This document shows, piece after piece, positions 51,042 through 63,210 of a DNA stretch of 64,000 nt. The stretch spans positions 31,372,001 to 31,436,000 of the forward strand of contig JANJGN010000022.1 in the NCBI GenBank assembly GCA_026770705.1, given 5' to 3'. Each line of letters starts with the position of its first letter. The stretch's first letter is position 1. This DNA comes from Isurus oxyrinchus. Taxonomy: Eukaryota. The notes beneath the pieces were generated by a model. That model did not search any database and had not been told where the DNA came from. It worked only from the letters and a program-made list of their open reading frames with translations. The translations under genes and the position numbers were made by a program.

Positions 51042-51277
51042 TCTAAGAAATGATCTCATTCTGTTAGGCGAAGCCAGTTTCGGGAGATCAGTGCGAAGAT
51101 CACTATCTCTGCTGTAACAATGCATGATGTGGCTGTTGCCATTTCTGCTAAAAGCGCTGATACATATTTTGATGTAACTAATCTTTCTGATGGGGTCTCA
51201 GGGAACAACAAACAGGGAACAATAATTTTTGACAGAGACCAGCAGTCAGGCCCCCGGCTGTTTATATTCCTTTCTAA

Positions 51278-51880
51278 TTCCGGGAATACTGCAACAATTG
51301 AATTTTACATTTCAAATTCGTTTACTGCATTTATTTCTGTTAACCCAATCCTTCCTCCATCCTTAGCTAATTTCTTCAATTATACACACAACACACACAT
51401 TTTACACAAGAGTCAACAAAATATTTCTCACATTTTCTGAAAACCTGGCCGTACTTTTTTTTCCCTCAAGCAAAATATGGAGATCCAACCAGCCCAACTC
51501 CAAACTGACCCAGGAAAAGTCACCTTTCAAAATCCGACACGCTGACAATCGCTGCGAATGATTCAGGGATCTCGACACCGAACATCTCAGTTGAAGCCGG
51601 AACCAAGGGCTGGGATCTGCGGGGAGCGAGTCGGCTGTTGGCTCTCGATCCACTGTCCAGTCTGGGATAGTTAGCAGCGCCTGTTAGCTTGTGCCATTGA
51701 CAAACAGTGAGCAAAGGTATCTCCTCCACCCTCCACTATCTCTCCTCTCAGCCTGTGGTGTCGAAATGAACAAAACAAAGAGACTTTTACTGCCTTTCAA
51801 ACTTTCTCTTTCGATCCGGCTGGACACAAGCCTGTTGCCAAGAAGCCAATTCCTCGCCCCGCTGCAGGATTTCCCCACCC
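51278..51880 (-). promoter_or_regulatory. Putative promoter/5' region of B7 copy B
   Basis: GAS at 51278-51286, IRF-E-like at 51812-51801, GC box at ~51853-51862, kB-like GGGGAAATCC at 51876-51867. Confidence 0.45.
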
Positions 51881-52546
51881 TGCGCCGCTCAGGAAACACC
51901 CTAAAGGTTACCATGAGGGACAAAGTAAAGATTTTGTTTACCTGAAACTATTTAAGTAAGAGATTGTTGCGAACTAAATTTGATAAGTCATTTTAAAGGA
52001 GAATTTTTTTCACATTGAGGAAAGTCTGTTCTTGACTTTTTGCAAGCACAATTCAGCCAAACAATGAGGTGGAATAAAGTCTATCTGTATAAGACAATCT
52101 AAACCTGTGAATTAACTGCTGAACTTAATTTATATTGTGCCCTTTCTACTAGTATTATTGCAGAAAAGAAAAATTAAAGTTTGCTACTTCTTATACTCCA
52201 GGAAATTTCACCTCAGTTCAAAAATCGGAAATAGGCGATACTAAATTGTATTGCAGCTGTATTTACCAAGGGAGACGCTGCTGCTCAGATCATGGTGAAA
52301 GAGAAGCTTGTTCAGGCACTTGACAGGTTTAAGACTGAAGTTTTGGATAGGCTTTCTGTACTTAAAGTAGATAAGACACCACGACCGGCTGAGATATGTG
52401 CAGAGACTGAGGGAAGTGAGAGTGGGGAAGCACTGTCTATAATTTTCCAACCCTAGGTTGGTGGTAGAGGACTGGAGAATTGCAAATGTTAAACTCTTGT
52501 TCAAAAAAGGGTGTAAAGATAAGCCCAGCAAATGAAGCCAGTCAGT

Positions 52547-52681
52547 CTGTTGAAGGGTCATGAGGACTCGAAATGTCAACGCTTTTCTTCTCCGCCGATG
52601 CTGCCAGACCTGCTGAGTTTTTCCAGGTAATTCTGCTTTTGTTTTGGATTTCCAGCATCCGCAGTTCTTTGTTTTTATCTG
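52547..52681 (+). mobile_element. Short Penelope pLTR insertion, absent from copy A
   Basis: Same family as 50909-51041; copy A reads ccagtcagtttaatt uninterrupted at ~8382-8396. Confidence 0.85.
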
Positions 52682-52695
52682 AGTTTAATTGTGAT

Positions 52696-55600
52696 AATCT
52701 TTTAATTGAAACCAATTAAACCAAATCAACAAAATTGGGATAAATCAGGCACACCCCCTAATTCAGGTCAGCTGTAAAACCAAGGACAAAATTTAAAGGA
52801 ACCTTACAAACTTTAAATCAAAATGTGATTAAAGGGGTCAACAAAACACCCCAGTCCCTGTGGTGCCCACCGGGCACGGAAGGCCTCGAGCGTGTCAGCA
52901 GACACCGCGTGCTCCCTCTCCAGGGATATCCGGCAGCGAACGTAGCCGCGGAAGAGGGACAAACAATCGGGCGGGACTCCCCCGTCGATCGCCCGCTGTC
53001 TGGACCTGTTAATGGCCAACTTGGCCAGGCCCAGGAGCAGGTTCACGAGGAGGTCCTCCTCCTTCCGGACCCCCTTCCGCACTGGGTGCCCATAGATCAG
53101 GAGCGTGGGGCTGAAGTGCAAACAAAACATCAATAAAAGGTTTTTCAAATAACTAAAAAGGGAGTGCAGCCTACAACACCCTATATATGCATGGTCCACA
53201 GACTCCACAAGACCGTAAAAAGGGCACGTGTCCTGAGAGTCCGTGAACCTATGCATCCTCTTATTGTAGGGGACTGCTGCATGCAACACCCTCCAACCCA
53301 AGTCCCCGATAGAAAGGGGGAGGACACCTCCGTAGAGGGCCTCCCATCGGGGGCCTCCACCACCGAACGGCAACAAGGCACGCCAGGGCATGTCCGGGCG
53401 GCGGACAAGGGCGAGAAAATGGAAGGTGTGCAGCAGCAGTCCATACAAAAAGCCCCTCTTTGCCGTGCCAAAAGACACAGAGGGCATGTCCCCGAGGCGG
53501 CTCATATTGCGGGGCACCAGCACCCGAGGGAGGGTTCGGGACTTGGGGCCAATGTGGAATTCTGTCCGAACAGGGGAACGTTCTGACGGAAGACCACCGT
53601 GCACCTGGGCCACCTCGACCCAAAATAATGTCAGGTCCGAGCACAACCGTTCTCAGGTCTTGGATGGCATCGGCTGCGACCTGGACACTCACAGACGCGC
53701 ATCGCGCCAACTCCTGCGGGAGCATCCAGCCCAGTCCTCCGCCACCCAGCACGTCCCCGATCCTGGTCACCCCTGCGGCCACAGCCCTCCTCTCCGCCAA
53801 CCACTGAAAAGGACGGAGGGGCGGATTCCTGAGCAGCGGCTCTCTGACGATAGCCGCTACTCCTGACGGGGGAGAGCTGCGTCGTGAGGCGACCACTTTC
53901 CAGACTTTGATCAGGTCCTGGTAAAAGATGGGCAACGCCTGCAAGGAGCCACCGAGGCCCATCTGTTCTATAAACAGGAGCTGCACATCATAATTCAGGC
54001 CGTGCACCTGACGGAAGAAATACGTCGTCAGGGCACACCATCTAGGAGGAGGCTCGACGTAGAGGTATTGCTGCAGGGTCTGAAGGCGGAAAGTCGCCAC
54101 CTGTGTGCATAGGCACACTAGCGCCTGACCACCCTCCTTATGCGGGAGACTCAGAACCTCGGCAGCGACCCAGTGCAATCTGTTGTCCCAGAAGAAGTCG
54201 ACTAACAATTTCTGGATTCTTGTGACAAAGTCCGGGGGAGGGGTCAAAGTGACCAGTCGATACCACAACATGGCGGCGATCAGCTGGTTTATGACCAGAA
54301 CTCGACCCCGGTAAGATAGCACTCGGAGCAGTCCTGTCCAGCGCTGCAGGCGAGCGGTGACTTTCGTCTCTAGTTCCTGCCAGTTCGCCAGCCAGGATTC
54401 CTCAGCAGGGCAGAGATAGACCCCCAGGTAGAGGAGGCTGGTCCTGCTCCAGGTGAAAGGCCTGAGCTCCTCGGGTAGGGGATCCATTTGCCACTGACTG
54501 ACCAGGAGTCCAGAACATTTCTCCCAGTTGATCCTGGCAGAAGAAGCGGCAGAGTAGCCCTCCTGGCACTCGCACATCATCCGCAGGTCAGCCCGGTCAC
54601 TAAACATAAGGAGCACGTCATCGGTGTAAGCCGAAAGCTCTACCCCAATGCCCGGCCCACACAGAACCAATCCCGACAACATCCTCCGCAAGAGGCACAG
54701 GAAAGGCTCCACGCAAATAGAATACAACTGGCCAGACAGGGGGCAGCCCTGACGTACCCCTCTCCCAAAGCGAAGGGGCGCCGTCAGGGACCCGTTAACC
54801 TTCACTAGATACTCCGCGGCGGTGCAAAGAATTCGGATCTGGGCGACAAAATGCGTCCCGAACCCGAACGCTCGCAGAGTTCCGAGTAAGTATCCGTGAT
54901 CCACCCTGTCGAACGCCTTCTCCTAATCGAGAGACCAGAAGGCGCTGGACAGACCAGCTCTCTGGGAATGGTGGATGATGTCCTGGACCAGATGGATGTT
55001 ATCATAAATGGTTCGGTCCGGGACAGTGTAGGACTGGTCAGGGTGGATCATGTGGACCAGCACGGTGCCGAGCCGAGAAGACATGGCTCGGGCGAAGATT
55101 TTGTAGTCCGTGCTGAGGAGGGAGACCAGGCGCCAGTTTTTGAGAAGGCGGAGATCCCCCTCCTTCGGCAGCAGGGCTATCACAGCCCTGCGCAACGAAA
55201 GGGGCATCTCCCCGGTAGCAATGCTCTCCCCCAGGACCCCCGCGAAGTCGCTTCCCAAGACGTCCCAGAACGCCCTGAGGAACTCCATGGTCAGCCTGTC
55301 TAGTCCCGGGGTTTTGCCTCTAGAAAGACCGTCGAGTGCGCCGGTCAGCTCCCCCAGACTTATAGGGGAGTCAAGCCTTCCGGTGCACTCCGGGCCGACC
55401 TGCGGCAGGTCCTCCCACAAAACTCTGCAAGCTTCCTCGCTGGACGGATCCGGAGAGAACAGGGCAGTGTAGTAATCTCGGGCGATGGCCCTGATGCCCT
55501 CCGGGTCCGAGACAAGGGATCCGTCATCGGCCAGCAGCGTAAGGAGCTGCTTATGGACCCCGTGCCTTTTCTCCAGCGAGTAGAAGGCGGAGCCGCGGTC

Positions 55601-58600
55601 CATCTCCTTAAGGAACCAGATCCGCGACCTCACGAACGCACCCCGAGACCCGATCAGTTGCAGGTCCCGCAGCGCGTCCTTCTTCTCATCGTACACCGAC
55701 CGCAGGGCCGGGTCCGCATCAGGCTGACGGAGACGTGCCTCCAGGTCGAGCACCTCCTTCTCCAACTCCTCGACCCTGGATTTGCGTCTCTTTGTCGACC
55801 CCTTCGCGTACTCTTGACAGAAAACTCGGACGTGAGTCTTGCCCACGTCCCACCATAGCCTCAAGGAGGGGAAGCCTCCCTGCTTCCTTCTCCAGCCGGC
55901 CCAGAAGCGACAGAACGAGTCTAGGAACCGCTGGTCTTCCAACAACAGGTTATTAAAATGCCAGTACGCGGACCCCGTCCGAGCGCAGAACGAAGTGAGC
56001 TCCGCCCACACCAGACGGTGGTCCGTGCATGGAACCTGCTGTATAGAAGCAGCCGGAACGCAGGACACGTATGCCTTCGAAATGTAAAGGCGGTCGAGTC
56101 TGGACGCTCCGACTCCAGGTGACACAAAGGTGAACACGCTGGAGTCAGGATGGAGATTTCGCCAGACGTCCGCCAAGTCGAAGGACCTGACCAGGTCCCG
56201 CAACTTACTCACACCTAGCGTGCGGTGCGGGGTACCGTGACGGTCCCGGTCCTCGAGGGTGCAATTGAAATCCCCCCCCGAGGACGATGCACTCGCCAGC
56301 GTCGATGGAGCCGAGATGAGTGGACACTTCTTCAAAGAAGCTCGCTTGCTGCTGCGTGCCCAGGGGAGCGTATACATTCACAAAGTGAAGCACTGCCCCC
56401 CCCAGACGCACAGTCAGGTGCAGCAACCGGCCTGGCACCAGCTCCTTGACCCCCAAGATCTCCGGCTGAAAATGCGGGGCCAACAAGATAGCCACCCCGC
56501 CAGAATTGGAGGCTAGGTGACTCATGTAGACCCCCCCTCGCCACTCCAGGAGCCACGTGGCTTCGTCTCCCGGAACGGTATGGGTTTCTTGCAGGAGGCA
56601 CAACAAATACTTCCCGTCCCTGAGGACCAAGAAGTTCTGGAAGCTGCGCTGTGCGCCCCTGCTGCCGTTGATGTTGAGGCTGGCTATAGTCGTCTTCATT
56701 GTCAAAGGTACATCAAACCTTCACCTTAAATAAAAAAAGAAGAAGAGGACTTTTAGTCCTTCCTCTCCTTCAGGAGCCCAGCGAGAAACGTTTGGACCCT
56801 CCGCCGCGCGTTCCTATCCAACTCGGGAGCCTTGAGAGCCTCGCGAGTGGACCAAAACACCAGCGGAAACGAATGCCACCGGTCCAAGGCCAACTGAGCC
56901 CTGTCTCGGCGACTGCGGTGCCCCGACAGAAAGTCCCGGAGTGCCCTTGGGGGGATGAGGGGGGAGTCAGTGGAGGGCACCAGGGGATCCACTGCCTCGC
57001 CTGAGAGCGACTCGGCATAATCCCCAATGCTCACCACCGACACCCCGTCCTCCTCCGGGTCGTCGCCTCCAGCTTCCGACCCCTCCCCCGCATTGAGTAC
57101 GGGGGCTGATTTGGAGCTGCCAGCTGGCTCCACCTGTATCTTGATCCCACCCCCAGGATCCAGGCCAGAGTGGTCCTCTCTGGTCTCCTTTACCGTTTTC
57201 GGGTCAGAGGGCAGCGGCAGTTCTGATGCCCACTCTCCTCCCAGCACCGGGTCGTCCGGGGAGCTCAGGACAAGCTCCTGCCCAGTGCTAAGGTTTGGGA
57301 GGGAGCGGGAAGGCCTTCCTTCTCACCGCCACCCAATGACCCGTTAACATTTGTTAAATTTTCAAAGCTACAGTCCCCCAATGAGCCAGAAGGTACCTCG
57401 GGGGTATTGAGGGTGTCGGAGTTGGGTACCACCTCAAGGGAGGTGCCCTCAGTGACCCCTGAGGGGCCCTGTTCAGGGGACTGCAGCGTGTTGAGGGGGG
57501 GAACAGTGAATGTTGGGGTAGTGGTTTCGGGTTCCCCCAGAGGGCAGGGCGAGGTTTTACTAGGTGGAGACGCCACCACCTCTTCATCAGGGGAAGGGAC
57601 ACACACAACTTCTACAGTTTGGGCGTCGCCCACTTCCTCCTCCGAAGCATGACTTCTCTTCCGGGTCAGGCTGGGGGCTAGGGAGACTTCCATCTCCGAG
57701 GCCCCTTCCTCCTTGTCCAGCCCTCCCAGACACTCCACCCTCTGGGGTTTCGCTTTCTCTTTCCCCGGCTCGGGGTCCCGTGTCTTTTCCCCGCCGGCCC
57801 CAGGAGCACGTGCAGGGACGACGCTGGGCCCAGCACTCGGCGCCTTAGCGCCCACAGGCCCGGGAGCACACGCGGACGCCACGCCGGGGCCGGATGATGT
57901 TTTTTCCCCCGAGCCAGTGCTTGCAGGTGTTTGGGGGGTTTGGGGAGTCTCAGGGGCCGCCTCAGTGTTACGGGTGTTCCTCCGCACCTTCTTACGGCGC
58001 GGGGACTCTCCCCCCCCGCCTCACCAGCAGCCGAGATGGCAGTGGCCGCCAGCGTCAATTCCCCTTGTGGGGAGGGAGATGGAGTGGTGGCGGGGGGAGG
58101 AGGGGCGGTGCCAGCCGCGGCTGCTTGGGTGGGGCTCGTGGCCTTGGAGGCGGGGCAGTTCTTCCTCACGTGCCCCGCCTCCTTACAAGTGTGGCACCGC
58201 ACGCCCTCCGTGGTCCAGAAGACCCGATAGGCGGTCCCCTCAAAATTAATCGCTAAGACCCCCTCCAGGCACTCCTCCCAGGCCAAGCAGACAAATACCT
58301 GGTGCCGGAAGGAGTACACATGGCGGAGGGCCGAGTCTTTGAGGCCGAGCGGGATTGGTGCAACCCCCGACCTGACCTCCCCCAGTTTATTAAGGTGGGG
58401 GAGGAGGAGCTCACTGGGTAGGAAAGGCGGGACATTTGAAATGATAATTCTCTGGGCGGTGGCCTCAAGGGGCTCCACCGCCAGAAAAGTCCCGCCCACA
58501 GTGAGCCCCTTCTGCAGGGCGAGGTGCACCGCCCGCTCGGACCTCAAGAAGAATATGGCCTTCCCGTACATTTTAGAGGCCGCTACTATGGCTGAGGGGC

Positions 58601-59568
58601 CGACGACCCCAGCCATAGCTTTAACGCTATGTCATCTCAGGGTGAGCGTAGCACTTTACCCCGAGGGCCCTCGTTAGGAGGTGGAAAGGCGACAGGGCAG
58701 CAGGAGCCGCCGAAGCAGCCACCCCCGCATAGGTCTTCTTTTGAGGCCCTGTCACCAGTGACATAACCGCCTCCACATTAGCCCTCAAGGGCCCGGCCAC
58801 AGGCGATGGTGAATTGGCCTTAGGGCCAGAGCCACGCTCACCCTGGGAAGGATTGGCCATTTTATTTTTAATTTTTATTTTTTAATATATATATATATTT
58901 TTTTTTAAAGATATATAGTGTTCCTCCCTAGGGAGGGAAGGGGGTGGGGGAGAGAGGTAGAAATAACCTCCCCTCTTTTAGGCAGGAGAGGAGAGGAGGG
59001 AGAGGAGTAAAGGACAGGGAGGCACAGGAGGGAAAGGGGTAAAAGTCCAGGTGGGCGTCTCCAATGTTGGATGGGGGCCTGATGGTCTTCAGGCAGGGGG
59101 AGGCGATGTCCTCACCAGCTACTGCTGGTCTTACGGGAAAGGGCTGGCACAAAGATGGTTTCACCACACATCCACACCCCACCTCTCTTCCTTCCCCAAA
59201 CCCTCTGGCAGTCTTCTTGCCTCCCCCTACAAATCACAGTCTTTAAATGCCCCCACCTTAGACAAACAATAGTCTGGACACCCACCTAGGATGTTGTTTT
59301 TGAACACAGTCCTGGCCTTCCTGTCCTGTAGCAGCAACACTTGTTGTTCGTCTCTCTCTCCTTTGGCCCCACAGGGGCAAGGCAGCAGCAGAAGCAACAA
59401 CCCCAAAGCAGCAGTATCAGGCACAGCAACACTGAGGAGCACCAACAATACACACCTTCTATCCTCAGTGTCAAGCAACAACCTGAATCCACAATTGCCT
59501 CAACAGAGATTTGAACTCTCGATCTTGGGGTTACAAACCCGGTACCATAACCACTTGGCTATTTAGGC
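52696..59568 (-). mobile_element. Full-length Tx1-clade element, copy 3 (ORF1 58860-56753 and ORF2 56705-52813 both disrupted), with tRNA-like head
   Basis: Same motifs as copies 1 and 2; stop at 54923; frameshifts near 56275, 53620, 57265, 58020 and 58625; same 3' flank as copy 1. Confidence 0.95.
59496..59568 (-). pseudogene. 73-nt tRNA-Thr(UGU)-like head (Pol III A/B boxes) at the 5' end of Tx1 copy 3
   Basis: GCCTAAA TA GCCA AGTGGTTA TGGT A CCGGG TTTGTAA CCCCA AGATC GAGAG TTCAAAT CTCTG TTGAGGC A: cloverleaf spacing; acceptor 6/7, D stem 4/4, anticodon stem 3/5, T stem 4/5. Confidence 0.8.
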
Positions 59569-61077
59569 CCTGATTTGATGTATATGGACTTCCAAAGGTT
59601 ATTTGATAAATTGTTGCACAACAATCTTGTAAAAAAAAATTCAAGTTCACGAAATAAAAGGAGCAGTAGCAATATGGATACAAAATTGGCTGAGGGACAG
59701 GAAACAGAGTGATAAATGATTGTTTTACCGACTGGAGGAAAGTTTATAGTGGAATTCCCCAGGGATCGGTGTGGGGCATTCTGCTCTCCTCAATATATAT
59801 TAATGATCTAGACTTGGTCTAGGGCATAATTTCAAAATTTGTGGATGATACAAAACTTGCAATCTTGTGAACTGTGATGAAGATAGTTTTAATCTTCAAA
59901 AGGAGATAGACAGGTTAGTGGAATGGGCAGACAAGTGGCAGATAAAATTTAATGCAGAGAACTTAACAAAGCATATCTGTAGTTCCTCAACGCTCCACTA
60001 TCTCTGTATACCTGTGCTGTTGAAAATGAATGTAACAAAGGACTGGCTGTCCTCCTTTCATTACATTTTAAACTATCCCTTTTGATATGACTGGGCCCAA
60101 GTGAGTTGGCAATAAAACAATTGTATCTGAGCCGTCACTGAACTTTCCCCACCAGCGCTGCTCAGGGTACACATGGGCCTGAATTTTCCCGTCAGCAATT
60201 TGGGGGTGGGGCCTGCTCGCTGACTGGAAAATGACGCGGGATGACATTGGGAGGAACCCCTGATGTCATCCTGGTCCCTTTAAATTTTTAGGAAGCCGGG
60301 CGGACAGCGAAATCAGCTGTCCACCAACCGAACTGTCAATGACCAATTAAGGCCATTGACAGGCTAATTAAGATATTTAAAGACCTGCCCGTCCAACCTT
60401 AAGGCTGGTGGGCAGGCCCAGAGCCCCAGCGGGCTTCTGATAATACATGAAACTTCACCGACTGGCGGGAGGAGGTTTCATGTCCGTTTTTAAGAAGCGC
60501 AATTAAGTTTATGTCCTTTATATTAACATATCCCATCTCGTGTGACATTGTCACATGAGGGGGACATGTTAATAATTTTTTAATCTTTCTATTTTTAAAG
60601 ATTTTTGCACTGTCAGTAATCTCCCTGAGACAGCACTTTGTCTCAGGGGGCAGTGTGCACTTTAGCAGATGGGGAATCCCTCCACCCCGCACAGGAAGTG
60701 CATAGCGCTTCCCCTCGGGCAGGACGCTGGGGGGGGGCTTCAATTGGCCAGCCCACTAAAAATGGCGGCGGTCCCCATTTCGGTGGCAGGGTTTGGCTGT
60801 CCGCCCACCGCAGAGCCGGTGGGGCCCACACACCCACCAAGGGTAAAATTCTCCCCTTGGAAACAGCCAGAAGGTCCAGAATGAGAGGCAAAGTAAAGAA
60901 TTTTTCCTGAAAATATTTAAATAAATTTTGTGAAATTGGGACTATTTTCCTTGTAGAAGAGGGGTCTGAAAGGAGATTTCATAGAGGTCTTCAAAATCAC
61001 GAGAGGTCTGGACAGTGTAAATAGGAAGAAACTGTTTCCACTCATGCAAGTATCAAGAACCAGAAAACACAGGTTTA

Positions 61078-61400
61078 CATAGGAACATGCATAGAAAATA
61101 GGAGCAGGAGTAGGCCATTCGGCCCTTCGAGCCTGCTCCTCCATTCATTATGATCATGGCCGATCATCCAACGCAATAGCCTGCTCCCGTTTTCTCCCCA
61201 TATCCTTTGATCCCTTTCACCCCAAGAGCTATATCCAAATCCTTCTTGAAAACATACATTGTTTTGGCCTCAACTGCTTTCTGTGGCAGTGAATTCCACA
61301 GGCTTATCACTCTCTGGGTGAAGAAATTTCTCCTCATCTCAGTCCTAAATGGTCTACCCTGTATCCTCAGACTGTGATCCTCTGGTTCTGGACTCTCCCA
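61078..61400 (-). mobile_element. CR1 3' fragment
   Basis: catagaaaataggagcaggagtaggccattcggccc is the reverse complement of a CR1 tail. Confidence 0.75.
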
Positions 61401-63210
61401 CAGCTCAAAAGGAGGTCTTTCATCCCTTCATGTCTGTGCAAGATCAACTTAGACCTGCATTTCTTTTCTCTCAGATAATTCTCTCTGGATTTGGACAGGT
61501 GCAATATCATCTAACCAGACTGGTAGCCAAGGTAAGTTGGGGCAGGAGAGCAATCATAGATGGGGCTAAATAAGAGAAAGATGTCCAGGGCAACAGTAGG
61601 CCAGATAACCTTTCTCTGCCCAGGAAGAGCACTCCAGTCCCACAAAAATAAGTCAAAACTTATCTTTTTCAGACCTTGTCCGTTGTCCTGGCAATCAAAT
61701 ATGCACACATACAATCAACCAGTTCTGTCCTAAAATGGAAATCAATGTCCTATGCCTGTCATTAGACCCCCCAATTTAAATATTAAAGAAAGGTCCATTG
61801 CTTGAAACAGGAGGTTTGCCTGGGAAATTCAGTGGTAACTGCAAAAATGCTGGAAGCCAAAGCATTGCAAACAGAATAGGTTGCTGACATAGCATGATTA
61901 AGATCATTACCAAGCCAGTAACATCAAGTTAAAATCACACACCAGTGTCAGGTTTCATTTTAAAATCTCTCAGTGCTAAGTAACCTGCTTACATTCACAG
62001 CCATGGCTGACACAGGAGTATTGACAAGCTATTGGAGATGGATCAACACCCAAGGAATATCAAGACAGCAAGGATTCAGTGCCTTCTCAAGAAGGAAGCA
62101 TAGAATATGTTAACAGGAAAGCTGTTAACAATATCCAAGTGAGATTACATGCAAAATTAGTAATTTAAGTGTCAAGGACAATTTTTGGGTGTTTCCTTTT
62201 ATGTGCCCAGATAAAAAATATTTATATGTGGATGTGTATATTTCTTACCCTTGGAGTGATTGAGTCAATGTAAATAACCCAGCAGCAAGCTTCTGTATTT
62301 TAAAATGAAGGATAGTTTATTTCTCACAAGCTCGCCCCAAAGATGAACGAAAATGTGACGTCTCACTCACATGACTCAGCCACACTATCATGCGCAAATA
62401 AATATTAGCTATGGATGAAGATAAAACAGTAATTATGAAAATGCAATTTAACTCAGTCTCTATTTCAGTGCAGGCCTGATGTTTCTTAGTTGAGTTGTAA
62501 CTTTGGTTAAAGTGAAGGTCTCAAAAATGCAGTGATTTCTCAGTTGCTATGATCGTTCCTGTAGTTGATCTATCCAGAGGTTGCTTTCTCTGGTGATCTG
62601 GATGATGGAACAGATTAAAAGAGAAAGGGTCCTTGTTTCTCTTACAAGGTACTGCAGACAAGCACTTTGGCTGCCTAATTAACTGCAGCAGGCAGATGGC
62701 TTTGCTTGCCGGACTCCTTCTCTCAGATGGAATTCCATCTCAAAGTCTCTGAAGATGTTACTGAAAGGCAGTTTGAATTTTCTGCTATATCTTTTAGCAG
62801 GGAGCACAGATTAAAGCCTTATCCATGTGACCTTGCAACGAGTGTCAAGTTATGGTCCAAATAAGGAATTGCGGTAATTCAAACAACAGTCTGCTATCCT
62901 TCTCCCACCTGAGGTTTTAGGTGGCTGAAATCTTTTGTTTTGGATATGGCAAATCTGCATTTTTACAAAGAAGGTGTTGAGTGACTTGGTTTATTGCTAA
63001 CAATGTTAGAAATTCAGGCCCCTTTAAGAGTAAACCAGGGCAAACTTCACCCCCAGTAGGGTTTTTCTGCTTCTGGACAGGGAAGAAATCCAGAAGAGAA
63101 GAGTAGAAACTGGTATTTGTACTCAACTATAGTTTAACAATAAAACAGTTGTGATTCACAGAATGCCTTCTGCCACCTGATTTGGTAGACAGGGATCCAC
63201 CTATTAAACA

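Larger units (their letters stand above)
43232..61025. repeat. Segmental duplication copy B (left boundary may extend further)
   Basis: Colinear with 1-24120; carries one Tx1 instead of two. Confidence 0.95.

Noticed and set aside
59496-59568. Functional tRNA-Thr gene
   Set aside because: The anticodon stem pairs only 3/5, there is no downstream T-run terminator, and the sequence occurs only as a retroelement head.
1-61025. Duplication as assembly or haplotype artefact
   Set aside because: The copies differ by many substitutions, private TSD-flanked insertions in both directions and large indels. It is unlikely to be an artefact, though spanning long reads would settle it.
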